A DNA stretch of 64,000 nucleotides from Litorimonas sp. (lineage in GTDB: Bacteria > Pseudomonadota > Alphaproteobacteria > Caulobacterales > Maricaulaceae): assembly GCA_049673465.1 (NCBI GenBank), contig JBATXP010000481.1, forward strand, positions 7,832 to 71,831, written 5' to 3'. The position numbers were made by a program, and so were the translations under genes. Below the pieces are notes generated by a model. The model searched no databases, was not told the DNA's origin, and worked only from the letters and a program-made list of their open reading frames with translations. Positions 17,581-26,211 of the stretch are shown here, one piece after another (position 1 is the stretch's first letter; each line of letters begins with the position of its first letter).

Positions 17581-18834
17581 ATGTCAAAGAAACGCCACCG
17601 CGACTCGGGACGCGCCTTCCCCTGGGGTCTGATCACGGGGGGCGTCCTGGCGACGCTCGTCATCGTCGGCGCGCTTGCATGGATCTACCGCGACGACATC
17701 TTTCAGACCATCCAGGATCCGCGCCAGCCTTTCCAGACCTACGACCCGCCGGACGCCCCGGACTATGCGTCGTCCGAAAGCTGGCTGAGCCAGCCGGACC
17801 TGACCGTCGATCCATTTACTCTGAAAGAACAGGGCGACGTTTTCGTGGTCGTACCGAGCGTCTATCGCGGTGGAGAGCACTATGTTCTTCCAAGCGACGA
17901 CCTGCGGCGCAAGAACAAGCTGGAGCGGATCGTTCGGCCCAACTACGTCACGCCCTATGGCAATGCCGGCCGACTGTTCGCGCCTTTCTACCGGCAGGCG
18001 TCTCTCTATAGCTACATGACGACCCGCGAAGACGCCCAGCTGGCGCAGGACTTCGCCTATCAGGATGTCAGACGCGCCTTCGAGGTCTTCCTCGCCCAAA
18101 GCCCGCCGGAAAGACCCATCGTGCTCGTGGGTCACAATCAGGGCGCGGCGCATCTGATCCGGTTGCTGCATGACTTCTTCCAGAACGATCCGGAGCTTCG
18201 CCGTCGCCTCGCCGTGGCCTATGTCGTCGACTATCCGCTTCCACTCGATCTGTTCGAAGGCCCGTTGTCGGAACTCATCCCGTGCGAGTCTGCCACGCAG
18301 ACCGGCTGCGTGGTGGCGTTCGGCACGATCATGCCGGGCGAGACCGTCAATGCCGAGCGCTTTCTGGAACGTCTGCTCGTCCATGACGGGAGCCGGTTCC
18401 GCAGCGTCGAGGGCCGGGAACCTCTTTGCGTCAATCCGCTGACCTGGACGCGCGACGAGGACTACGTGCCCGAGCGACTGCATCTGGGGGGCGTTGCGGC
18501 AGAAGGGCTGGAACCCGATATTCGACCGGCCCCGCGCCCGAACCAGGTCGGGGCGCAATGTCTCGACGGGCTCCTCCTCGTGGACCGACCGCGCTCGCGC
18601 TCGCTCCGTCGACCCTTTCAGATCGGAGCGAAGTTTCGTACCCTGCCTTCCAACCTTTTCTATGAGGATTTGCGGCAAAACGCGATGGCGCGCGTCTCGG
18701 CTCTGATCGAGACGGGCGACCTGCCGAAGCGGGCAGCGCGTCTTGATGCGTTCGAAGTCATCGAGATCGAAGAGTCCGAGGTCGTTCCCGCGCAGGACCG
18801 GCCGCCGACATCGGGCTTTCCGGAAGAGGAATAG
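17581..18834 (+). CDS. DUF3089-like alpha/beta-hydrolase-fold protein, membrane anchored
   Basis: N-terminal TM segment, then VLVGHNQGAAHLIRLL (a GHSQG-like nucleophile elbow with Asn in place of Ser). The antisense 364-aa ORF is rejected. Confidence 0.55.
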   Translation: MSKKRHRDSGRAFPWGLITGGVLATLVIVGALAWIYRDDIFQTIQDPRQPFQTYDPPDAPDYASSESWLSQPDLTVDPFTLKEQGDVFVVVPSVYRGGEHYVLPSDDLRRKNKLERIVRPNYVTPYGNAGRLFAPFYRQASLYSYMTTREDAQLAQDFAYQDVRRAFEVFLAQSPPERPIVLVGHNQGAAHLIRLLHDFFQNDPELRRRLAVAYVVDYPLPLDLFEGPLSELIPCESATQTGCVVAFGTIMPGETVNAERFLERLLVHDGSRFRSVEGREPLCVNPLTWTRDEDYVPERLHLGGVAAEGLEPDIRPAPRPNQVGAQCLDGLLLVDRPRSRSLRRPFQIGAKFRTLPSNLFYEDLRQNAMARVSALIETGDLPKRAARLDAFEVIEIEESEVVPAQDRPPTSGFPEEE

Positions 18835-18872
18835 CGGTGGAAAAAGCCGCGGCGCTTTGGCAAAGGCGGCTC

Positions 18873-19868
18873 ATGCGAGCTTCTTCCGTCATCGACCTGA
18901 TCGGCAATACGCCGCTGCTGAAACTGCAGGACGCGTCCAAGATGACGGGCTGCGAAATCTACGGCAAGGCGGAGTTCCTCAATCCCGGCCAATCCGTCAA
19001 GGACCGCGCGGCACTCTGGATCGTGCGCGATGCGGAACGGCGCGGCGCGCTACGCCCTGGCGGCGTAGTCGTGGAAGGCACGGCGGGTAATACGGGCATC
19101 GGCTTGGCCATGGTCTGCTCCGCGCTCGGCTATCGCTGCAAGATCGTCATGCCAAGAACTCAAAGCCAGGAGAAGAAGGACGCGGTCAAGCTGCTCGGCG
19201 CCGAATTGATCGAAGTCGACGCCGTTCCCTACGCCAATCCCGGCAATTACGTGCATGTTTCAGAACGTCTCGCCAAGGAGCTGAACGAGACTGAGCCGAA
19301 CGGTTCCGTGTGGGCCAACCAGTTCGACAATACCGCTAATCGACAAGCCCATGTGGAGAGCACGGCGGAGGAAGTCTGGGCACAGACGGATGGCAAGGTG
19401 AACGGTTTCGTCTGCGCGGTCGGCTCCGGCGGCACGCTAGGCGGAATGTCGATCGGTCTCAAGGCGAAGAACCCGGACATCCGGATCGGCGTTGCCGATC
19501 CCTATGGCTCCAAGATGTTCGCCTATTACGACCATGGAGAGCTGGAGACGGAAGGCAATTCCATCACGGAAGGGATCGGCCAGGGCCGCATCACGGCCAA
19601 CCTGCAGGACATCGTGGTGGACCGCGCCTACCGCATCGGCGACACGGAAGCCTTGCAGATCATATTCGAACTCAACCAGCTGGAAGGTATCTGTCTCGGG
19701 GGATCGTCAGGGATCAACATCGCCGGGGCGATCCACATGGCGCGCGAGATGGGACCGGGTCATACCATCGTGACCATTTTATGCGATTATGGACAACGCT
19801 ATCAATCCAAGATCTACAATCCGGAATTTTTGAAAGAGCGCGGACTGCCCGTGCCGTGTTGGCTGTGA
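18873..19868 (+). CDS. Cysteine synthase / cystathionine-beta-synthase-family PLP enzyme
   Basis: IGNTPLLKL...FLNPGQSVKDRAA (PLP lysine) and EGTAGNTGIGLA. The start is either ATG 18873 or GTG 18837. Confidence 0.85.
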   Translation: MRASSVIDLIGNTPLLKLQDASKMTGCEIYGKAEFLNPGQSVKDRAALWIVRDAERRGALRPGGVVVEGTAGNTGIGLAMVCSALGYRCKIVMPRTQSQEKKDAVKLLGAELIEVDAVPYANPGNYVHVSERLAKELNETEPNGSVWANQFDNTANRQAHVESTAEEVWAQTDGKVNGFVCAVGSGGTLGGMSIGLKAKNPDIRIGVADPYGSKMFAYYDHGELETEGNSITEGIGQGRITANLQDIVVDRAYRIGDTEALQIIFELNQLEGICLGGSSGINIAGAIHMAREMGPGHTIVTILCDYGQRYQSKIYNPEFLKERGLPVPCWL

Positions 19869-20629
19869 GCGCGGTGCGCGCCGGACATATTCCGGATGGC
19901 TACGCGCTGGTGGATGCGACGTGGGTCATGCCGGGTCGCGAAGCGCCGCTTGATGCCTTCCTGGCTGGCACTCGGCACTCGATCGATACCGATACGATTA
20001 AGCTGATGGAACCGTCCGAACGCGCGGCGGGCAGTGCGGTCGCGTTCGGCGCGGCCGGGCTTGATGGGCAGTCTCCCGTCGCCATCTACGACCGCGCCGG
20101 ACTGTTCAGCGCCCCGTGGATCTGGTGGCTGCTCCGGTCCAACGGGTGCGACGCCGTCTTGGTCGAAGGGTGGTCGACAACGCAAGACAAGCCAGATTTC
20201 GCGGAAGCCACCGACTTCCATCCATCCCAAGACCCGGCGCGCTTGAACGCGACGAAGGCCGACATATTGGGGGCCTTGAAAACCGGCGCGCAAATCCTCG
20301 ATGCCAGACCTGCCAGCCGCTTTACCGGCGAAGCCCCCGAACCTCGCCCCGACTGTCGCAGCGGTCACATTCCCGGAAGTCTCAACATACCTTTCGGTAC
20401 TCTCAAAGCGGACCGGCATTTCCAAGACCGCGAAAGACTGGAGGAGGTTTTCAGACGCAAGGGCGTAGACCTGGCCAAGCCGATCATCACCAGTTGCGGA
20501 TCCGGCGTGACGGCTTCGGGCTTGGCGTTTGCCCTGACGCGCTGCGGTGCGAAGGACGTTCGCGTCTATCAGGGGTCGTGGGCGGAATGGGGCATGGATG
20601 CGGATTGCCCGGTGGAAACGGGGCCATGA
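19865..20629 (+). CDS. sseA: 3-mercaptopyruvate sulfurtransferase (tandem rhodanese)
   Basis: Active-site loop ITSCGSGVTA (CG[ST]GVT) and GHIPGSLNIPF. An in-frame GTG at 19865 overlaps the upstream TGA; alternative GTG at 19856. The N-terminus is somewhat short. Confidence 0.75.
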   Translation: MSAVRAGHIPDGYALVDATWVMPGREAPLDAFLAGTRHSIDTDTIKLMEPSERAAGSAVAFGAAGLDGQSPVAIYDRAGLFSAPWIWWLLRSNGCDAVLVEGWSTTQDKPDFAEATDFHPSQDPARLNATKADILGALKTGAQILDARPASRFTGEAPEPRPDCRSGHIPGSLNIPFGTLKADRHFQDRERLEEVFRRKGVDLAKPIITSCGSGVTASGLAFALTRCGAKDVRVYQGSWAEWGMDADCPVETGP

Positions 20630-21771
20630 AGCACCCGCAGACCCGGTTCGCGCATCTGGGGCGGCCACGCCCCGGCTTGGCCACGCCTGTCAACCCGCCG
20701 ATCGACCGGGCGTCCACCCTTCTTTTCGAGAAATCCGAGGACCTCTACCGCAACGACATTCGCGGCTATGGACGGCACGGCTCAGGGGTGCACGACGCCT
20801 TGCGTACGCTGTTCATGGACCTCGAAGGCGGCGCAGCGTGTCAGCTCTACCCGTCCGGCGTCATGGCCTGCACGCAGCCCGTTCTTGCCTTCGCCAAGCC
20901 AGGCGATCACGTGCTCCTGACCGATAGCGCCTACGGTCCGACCCGTTACTTCTGCCAGACTTATCTTCAACGAATCGGGATCGAGACGGAGCTTTACGAT
21001 CCGCGGATCGGTGGCGACATTGCGGAGCTGATCCGCGACAACACCGCCGTCATCCTCTTGGAAAGTCCGGGTTCGCTGACGTTCGAGATACAGGATCTGC
21101 CGGCCATCTGTTCTGCGGCTCGCGACCAGGGGGTCGTGTCCATCATCGACAATAGCTGGTCTGCGGGACTGAGCCTGAAGGCGCTGGAGTTGGGCGCGGA
21201 TGTTTCGACCCATTCCGCGACGAAATATTTCGGCGGCCATGGAGACTTGCTGTTCGGAGCGGCGATAAGCGCGAGCAAGACACTGGGCGACAAGATCGCG
21301 GCCACGGCCCGGCAGATGGGCGTGGCCAGTTCGCCGGACGATGCCTACCAAGTTCTCCGGGGTTTCCGAACCGTCTCGACGCGCTTCGCGCAACAAGCCG
21401 CGACCAGTGAAGCTCTCGCCTCATGGATGCAGTCGCAGGACGAGGTAGCACAGGTCCTTCATCCCGCTCTTCCTTCCCATCCCGATAACGCGCTGTGGAA
21501 ACGGGATTTTTCCGGCGGAGGCTGCCTGTTCAGCATCGTCCTCACCCCGCGCCCCCGCGCCGAAGTCGATCGCTTCATCGATAGTTTGAGTCTTTTCGGG
21601 ATCGGCTATTCCTATGGCGGTTATGAAAGCCTCGCCATCCATTGCGATCCACAGCTCAAGCGCAAATTCGGGAATGCGCTCGAAGGCCCGCTCGTGCGTT
21701 TTGCGTGCGGTCTCGAACATCCGGATGATCTGAAAGCCGATCTGGAACAGGCTCTTGCGACGCTTTCTTGA
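20626..21771 (+). CDS. metC: Cystathionine beta-lyase (Cys/Met-metabolism PLP enzyme)
   Basis: Starts MKHPQTRFAHLGR. PLP motif VSTHSATKYFGGHGD. ATG 20626 overlaps the sseA TGA. Track ORF 20116..21771 is over-extended. Confidence 0.8.
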   Translation: MKHPQTRFAHLGRPRPGLATPVNPPIDRASTLLFEKSEDLYRNDIRGYGRHGSGVHDALRTLFMDLEGGAACQLYPSGVMACTQPVLAFAKPGDHVLLTDSAYGPTRYFCQTYLQRIGIETELYDPRIGGDIAELIRDNTAVILLESPGSLTFEIQDLPAICSAARDQGVVSIIDNSWSAGLSLKALELGADVSTHSATKYFGGHGDLLFGAAISASKTLGDKIAATARQMGVASSPDDAYQVLRGFRTVSTRFAQQAATSEALASWMQSQDEVAQVLHPALPSHPDNALWKRDFSGGGCLFSIVLTPRPRAEVDRFIDSLSLFGIGYSYGGYESLAIHCDPQLKRKFGNALEGPLVRFACGLEHPDDLKADLEQALATLS

Positions 21772-22960
21772 GATTGCCTGGGTCGCGGTGAAGTTCGCGG
21801 CGATCATCGGCCTCGTCGCTTTGGGGTCCTGCACGACGGCCAGAACCCTCTTGAAGCAGGCTCCGACCGAGTTGCCCAGGGGGTGGCAAGCTCCTGTCGG
21901 CCATACCTTGCCCGAAGACCAGGCGCGTCGTTTGTTGGAGACTGTTTTCTACGGCCCGGTCGACATGTCGCCCCGTTACTCGGCAAGCGCGCCCGAACTG
22001 CTCGACACAGCCGCACTTGATGGCCGCGCGACACTCATGCAATGGTCGATCGACGTCTCGTTCGGCGGAGCGTCCAGATCGGTCGACCTCATCGCCCTGT
22101 TCCCCAACGACAAGCCTCGAGCGCCCCTGATAATTTCCCAGAACTTCTGTCCCAACCACAACGTCGTGTCGCTTCAAGGAGTCCGCGCGCCGGAGGACAT
22201 GATGTTCGACTGCGGCGGCCCGGGCCTGGCAAACCTCGCCATGAAGGCCGTTTTCGGACGTCACATCGTTACACCGCCATTGGAGGCGATCCTGGAGCGG
22301 GGCTACGCCTTCGCCGCGATCTATCCGAGCCAGTTCGTTCCGGACTCCGCGAGGGACGGTGCGGCGGCTCTCGAGGACATGTTCCCGGAAGAGAGCGAGC
22401 GGCCCGGCGCCTTGTCCGCCTGGGCCTCGCTATTCCCGGTCGTTGCCAAGGTCATTGAAGCGGAACGCGGCGAACGCGCGGTCATTGCCTATGGCCACTC
22501 GCGTTTCGGCAAGACGGCGTTGATGGCCGGTGCCTGGTCCGACGATGTGGACGCGGTCATCGCTCACCAGAGCGGCACGCTCGGCGCGTCCGCCTTGGAC
22601 GATGGTATCGGCGAGCCGCTCGATGGCCTGCTGTCGGCTTACCCGCACTGGCCGGGGCGCGGGCTGGCGGCCTATGCCGACAACCCTCATGCCCTGCCCG
22701 TTCGACCAGCCGACCTCCTGGCGCTCACGGGCGAAAAGCCCGTGCTGCTGGGCAATGCCCGCCGAGACGTCTGGTCCGATCCGTGGGGGGCGTTCACCGA
22801 GGCGAAGCGCGCCTGGCCTTCCGCCTTCAAAGCGACCAGACCAGCGGACTACCGCCCGTCCGATCTGAAAGCCTATTGGCTCCGCCCGGGAACCCATGGG
22901 GTGGTGAAGGAGGATTGGCCCGCATTCCTCGATTTCCTCGACGCGCAAGACCTGGAATGA
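21755..22960 (+). CDS. Lipoprotein, alpha/beta hydrolase with a glucuronoyl-esterase (CE15)-like GHSRFGK motif
   Basis: Signal peptide and lipobox (LVALGSC). AYGHSRFGKTAL resembles the CE15 G-C-S-R-x-G nucleophile motif. Assignment is tentative. Confidence 0.4.
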   Translation: MRRFLEIAWVAVKFAAIIGLVALGSCTTARTLLKQAPTELPRGWQAPVGHTLPEDQARRLLETVFYGPVDMSPRYSASAPELLDTAALDGRATLMQWSIDVSFGGASRSVDLIALFPNDKPRAPLIISQNFCPNHNVVSLQGVRAPEDMMFDCGGPGLANLAMKAVFGRHIVTPPLEAILERGYAFAAIYPSQFVPDSARDGAAALEDMFPEESERPGALSAWASLFPVVAKVIEAERGERAVIAYGHSRFGKTALMAGAWSDDVDAVIAHQSGTLGASALDDGIGEPLDGLLSAYPHWPGRGLAAYADNPHALPVRPADLLALTGEKPVLLGNARRDVWSDPWGAFTEAKRAWPSAFKATRPADYRPSDLKAYWLRPGTHGVVKEDWPAFLDFLDAQDLE

Positions 22961-22961
22961 A

Positions 22962-23038
22962 TGGCGACCCCGGGAGGACTTGAACCCCCAACCTGCAGAT
23001 TAGAAGTCAGCTGCTCTATCCAGTTGAGCTACGGGGCC
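22962..23038 (-). tRNA. tRNA-Arg (anticodon UCU)
   Basis: Folded by hand: GGCCCCG acceptor, D arm GCTC/GAGC, anticodon loop CTTCTAA, T arm GGGGG-TTCAAGT-CCTCC, encoded CCA. There is one U-U mismatch in the anticodon stem. Confidence 0.85.
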
Positions 23039-23053
23039 GACTGTCGGACGCGA

Positions 23054-23359
23054 TCAGTGCGTCCAAGGAAGCTTTCGATCAAACGCGAAATTCTCCGAGT
23101 AGGAGCGCGGGATGCGCTTCGGCGAATTGGAACCGTGTACCCTATGTGGGATCTCGTTCGTCTTGGCGTAGGAGACGGCGTCTTCCAGAGTATCGAACGT
23201 CATGCGGACCTGCTCGCGCGTATCGGTGGATATGGCGTTACCCGTCAACGGGTCGATGGCTCGGGGCTCGTCGGACTCGAACTCCAGGATCCAGTGATGG
23301 GTCTTGGCGCGTCCGGAACTCATCGCCGATGGGCGCGGCCTGTAGATCTTGGCGTACAT
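23054..23359 (-). CDS. NDUFS4-like protein (ETC complex I subunit conserved region family)
   Basis: 101 aa: MYAKIYRPRPSAMSSGRAKTHHWILEF...DPLTG...F.TLEDAVSYA, the typical bacterial NDUFS4 homologue pattern. Confidence 0.7.
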   Translation of the reverse strand: MYAKIYRPRPSAMSSGRAKTHHWILEFESDEPRAIDPLTGNAISTDTREQVRMTFDTLEDAVSYAKTNEIPHRVHGSNSPKRIPRSYSENFAFDRKLPWTH

Positions 23360-23399
23360 GACGGCCCGTTAGCGCCGCGCGCCCTGACTGGCAAGAACC

Positions 23400-25340
23400 C
23401 TACGTGTCGCGATTGAAGGCGGAGTTCAGGATCTGCCTGACTTCCGAGAGGGACTGGGCCTTGTTGATCGCCGCCGTGTGACGCGCGGTCCGGGCCGCGT
23501 GGTTGGGCGGATTGTCCCGAGACTGAGAGGCGGACGGTCGTGGCGATGCCGGCACTCTTCGCGCGGATGCCGCGGCCGGTGACGGCGCGGCTTGTACGGC
23601 GGATTGCGCCTTCGGCTCACCGTGAGACCGGTTGCGCCAGCTCTCATAGACGCCTTCCAGCAATTGAGGTGTCGCCGTGTCATGTTGCCAGAGGCTGGAG
23701 AACGAGGCGCTGGAACTGTGAGGACGGTACTGTTCCGCCAGGTTGTTGAGAAGCACGCGCATGGGAAGATTCACCGCTTCGCCGAACACCATGGTCTCCG
23801 CCGTTCCGAGCGAGGAGAGGAAGGTCAGCAATTCCGCCGCGCCGTCAGGTACGGCCGCACGCACGAAGTTCTGGTCGACTTCATTCGATAGACGCATGGA
23901 GAAGATGGTCGAGCATTGAGACAGGGTGCTGGGTTCCAGTTCAGACGGACGTTGCGATACGATTCCCAGCGAAACTCCGTATTTCCGGCCCTCTTTCGCG
24001 ATCCTGGAGATGATCCGGCGCGTCGAGTGGAAGCCTAGGCTTGCATCCCGAGGTATGTATCGGTGTGCCTCTTCGCAGACGAGCAGGATCGGAATGCGCC
24101 GCTTCGACCAGGTCGCCAGTTCGAAGGCGAGCCTGCTGATGACGGAGACAACGATGTTGAGCGTTTCCGACGGAATGGAAGAGAAGTCGAGGATCGAGAT
24201 CGGCTTGTTGTTGACCGGCAGACGGAAGATACGACCGACGATTTCCTCCAGCGGGCGGGGCTTCGCCTGGTTGCGGAAGATGAAGCTGTAGCGTGGGTCC
24301 GCGATCAATGCAGTGATCCGTCGCTTCAATCGCTTATAGGGTGCGAGATTGGTATTGTTCTCCAACCGACCCATTTCATGCTCGATCAGTTTTAGCAGGT
24401 CGCGGATGCGGTAAGGCACCGGGCTATCGAGCGAGATATGGGTCGCGCGCTGCAGCTCCAGTTCTATGTCGTCGAGCTTCACCTGGGTGCTGATATCGTT
24501 GGTGCGCATGGCGCGGTCGAACAGGCGTTTCGCCTTCAAAATCGCCTCGTGGAGAATGTCCTCCTCCTCCCTCGCATGGTCCTCGATGTCCGAAGTCAGC
24601 AATTCCACCGTTTCAGTGAAATCGAACATCCAGAGCGGCAGGTCGAGCGTGTCACCCGTGATGACTTCCGCCATGTTCCCAAAACTTTTGGAGTATTCGT
24701 TGTGCGGATCGAACAGGACGATGTGGCCGTTCGGATTGTTGTTCAGGATGGACTGGAGAATCAGTGCGACCGTGCAGGACTTGCCCGACCCGGTCGAGCC
24801 GATGATCGCGAAATGCTTGGACAGCATGTCATCCGTGCGGACATGCGCGATGATGTCGTTGTCCTGCTGCAGTCTGCCAATCTCGATGCTGGGAGTGTTC
24901 TCCTTTGCGAAAATCATCTGGAGGTCCGCATTGGACATGGTGTAGACGGGTTCGCCCAGCACGGGGAACGTTCGAACGCCCCTGAAGAACTTGGTCTCCC
25001 GCGTCGTCGGGTTGGTCGTGATCTCGCCCAGAATGTTCAGCGTCGCGTGGCACCCGTCGCTCATGCCGTCCTGGTCGACGCGTCCGATTTCCAGCGAGGA
25101 CACGAGCGCGACCACGATGGATTTGCTGGTCAGGATCTTGAGGATCGTTCCGATCTGCGAGAGGTGCAGCTGCCCGTTTCGGATAATCGCCGGGTTGATG
25201 TTGATGACGGCCTGAGACGATCCGACCGTCAGAATGCGCCCGATCTCCGTCTGTGCGGTCTTGCGTTTCGGCGGCGTAGCGACGGCGGAAGCCGATTGCG
25301 TGTTGGGTGGCGTCATGAGGCGAATCCTGTTCACCGCCAC
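23400..25340 (-). CDS. HerA-like (DUF87, FtsK/HerA superfamily) ATPase with a low-complexity C-terminal tail
   Basis: Walker A FAIIGSTGSGKS, Walker B ILLVCEEAHRYIP, SQRPSEL...QC motif and an N-terminal HAS-barrel-like segment. The C-terminal ~90 aa are Pro/Ala/Ser/Arg rich. GTG start at 25340 or ATG at 25316. Confidence 0.75.
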   Translation of the reverse strand: MAVNRIRLMTPPNTQSASAVATPPKRKTAQTEIGRILTVGSSQAVININPAIIRNGQLHLSQIGTILKILTSKSIVVALVSSLEIGRVDQDGMSDGCHATLNILGEITTNPTTRETKFFRGVRTFPVLGEPVYTMSNADLQMIFAKENTPSIEIGRLQQDNDIIAHVRTDDMLSKHFAIIGSTGSGKSCTVALILQSILNNNPNGHIVLFDPHNEYSKSFGNMAEVITGDTLDLPLWMFDFTETVELLTSDIEDHAREEEDILHEAILKAKRLFDRAMRTNDISTQVKLDDIELELQRATHISLDSPVPYRIRDLLKLIEHEMGRLENNTNLAPYKRLKRRITALIADPRYSFIFRNQAKPRPLEEIVGRIFRLPVNNKPISILDFSSIPSETLNIVVSVISRLAFELATWSKRRIPILLVCEEAHRYIPRDASLGFHSTRRIISRIAKEGRKYGVSLGIVSQRPSELEPSTLSQCSTIFSMRLSNEVDQNFVRAAVPDGAAELLTFLSSLGTAETMVFGEAVNLPMRVLLNNLAEQYRPHSSSASFSSLWQHDTATPQLLEGVYESWRNRSHGEPKAQSAVQAAPSPAAASARRVPASPRPSASQSRDNPPNHAARTARHTAAINKAQSLSEVRQILNSAFNRDT

Positions 25341-25380
25341 GCTAAGGTCACGCTCTTAAATTTTCATTGATCGTAAGGTC

Positions 25381-25457
<77 letters not shown>

Positions 25458-25504
25458 TCCCAGACGAAGCGGCTCATAACGCGTTCCCAGACCCTTGCAA
25501 GCGG

Positions 25505-25972
25505 CTAGCTGCCGAAAAACGGGTGCCGGACCACATCTCCGGGCTTGATGCCGAGGTCCAATGCCCGACCGCCTTTCAGCTCGACCACGCTGGCTACGAC
25601 GGCTTCTGAGCTGGCGGACCGCAATTTGAAAGGCTGTGCCATATGCTCGATCTTGAGGATCTCGCCATTGGAGCGGACGAAAAGGATGTCGAGCGGAATG
25701 GCGGTATTCTTCATCCAGATCGTCGCGACCTTGGGTTCCGCGAATTCGAAGATCATGCCCTCATCATCGCCCATCGACTCGCGCCACATCATGCCGCGGG
25801 CCTGCTGCTCGAGCGTCTTGGCCTCTTCGACCATGAAAGCGTGAGTGGTGTCGCCCGAGACGATCGTCAATGGCTGCGGCTCGCCGAAATCCACGACATC
25901 GTCCTGCGCGGTCTGGGCAAAGGACAGCGGCGCTATGGCGGCGAAGACGAGAGAGAGAAGCAGGCGTTTCAT
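25505..25972 (-). CDS. DUF192 domain periplasmic protein
   Basis: Signal peptide MKRLLLSLVFAAIAPLSFA, and GMMWRE...MIFEF...WMKNTAIPLDILF is typical of DUF192. Confidence 0.7.
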   Translation of the reverse strand: MKRLLLSLVFAAIAPLSFAQTAQDDVVDFGEPQPLTIVSGDTTHAFMVEEAKTLEQQARGMMWRESMGDDEGMIFEFAEPKVATIWMKNTAIPLDILFVRSNGEILKIEHMAQPFKLRSASSEAVVASVVELKGGRALDLGIKPGDVVRHPFFGS

Positions 25973-26038
25973 GCAGGCAGGTCTAGCCACACAGCGAGGC
26001 CGTGTCAGGTCGTAATCGCATGGAACGGAGGAAGCAAA

Positions 26039-26113
26039 TGGCAGTCCCTAGGGGAATCGAACCCCTCTTTCCAGGTTGAAAACCTGGCGTCCTAACCGAT
26101 AGACGAAGGGACC
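26039..26113 (-). tRNA. tRNA-Glu (anticodon UUC)
   Basis: GGTCCCT acceptor (G-U first pair), anticodon arm CCAGG-TTTTCAA-CCTGG, T loop TTCGATT, encoded CCA. 75 nt. Confidence 0.9.
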
Positions 26114-26137
26114 ACTCAATTGCGAGCCGCCATATAT

Positions 26138-26157
26138 GAAAGCCGGAATGGGCTTTC
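26138..26157 (-). terminator. Possible recJ terminator hairpin GAAAGCC-N6-GGCTTTC
   Basis: 7-bp perfect stem 55 nt downstream of the recJ stop, followed on the minus strand by ATATATGG (poor U tract). Confidence 0.3.
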
Positions 26158-26211
26158 AAGAGAAAAAGCGACATTTCAGGGTGACGTCCGAGGCCAATCG
26201 CAGTCGCGCGG

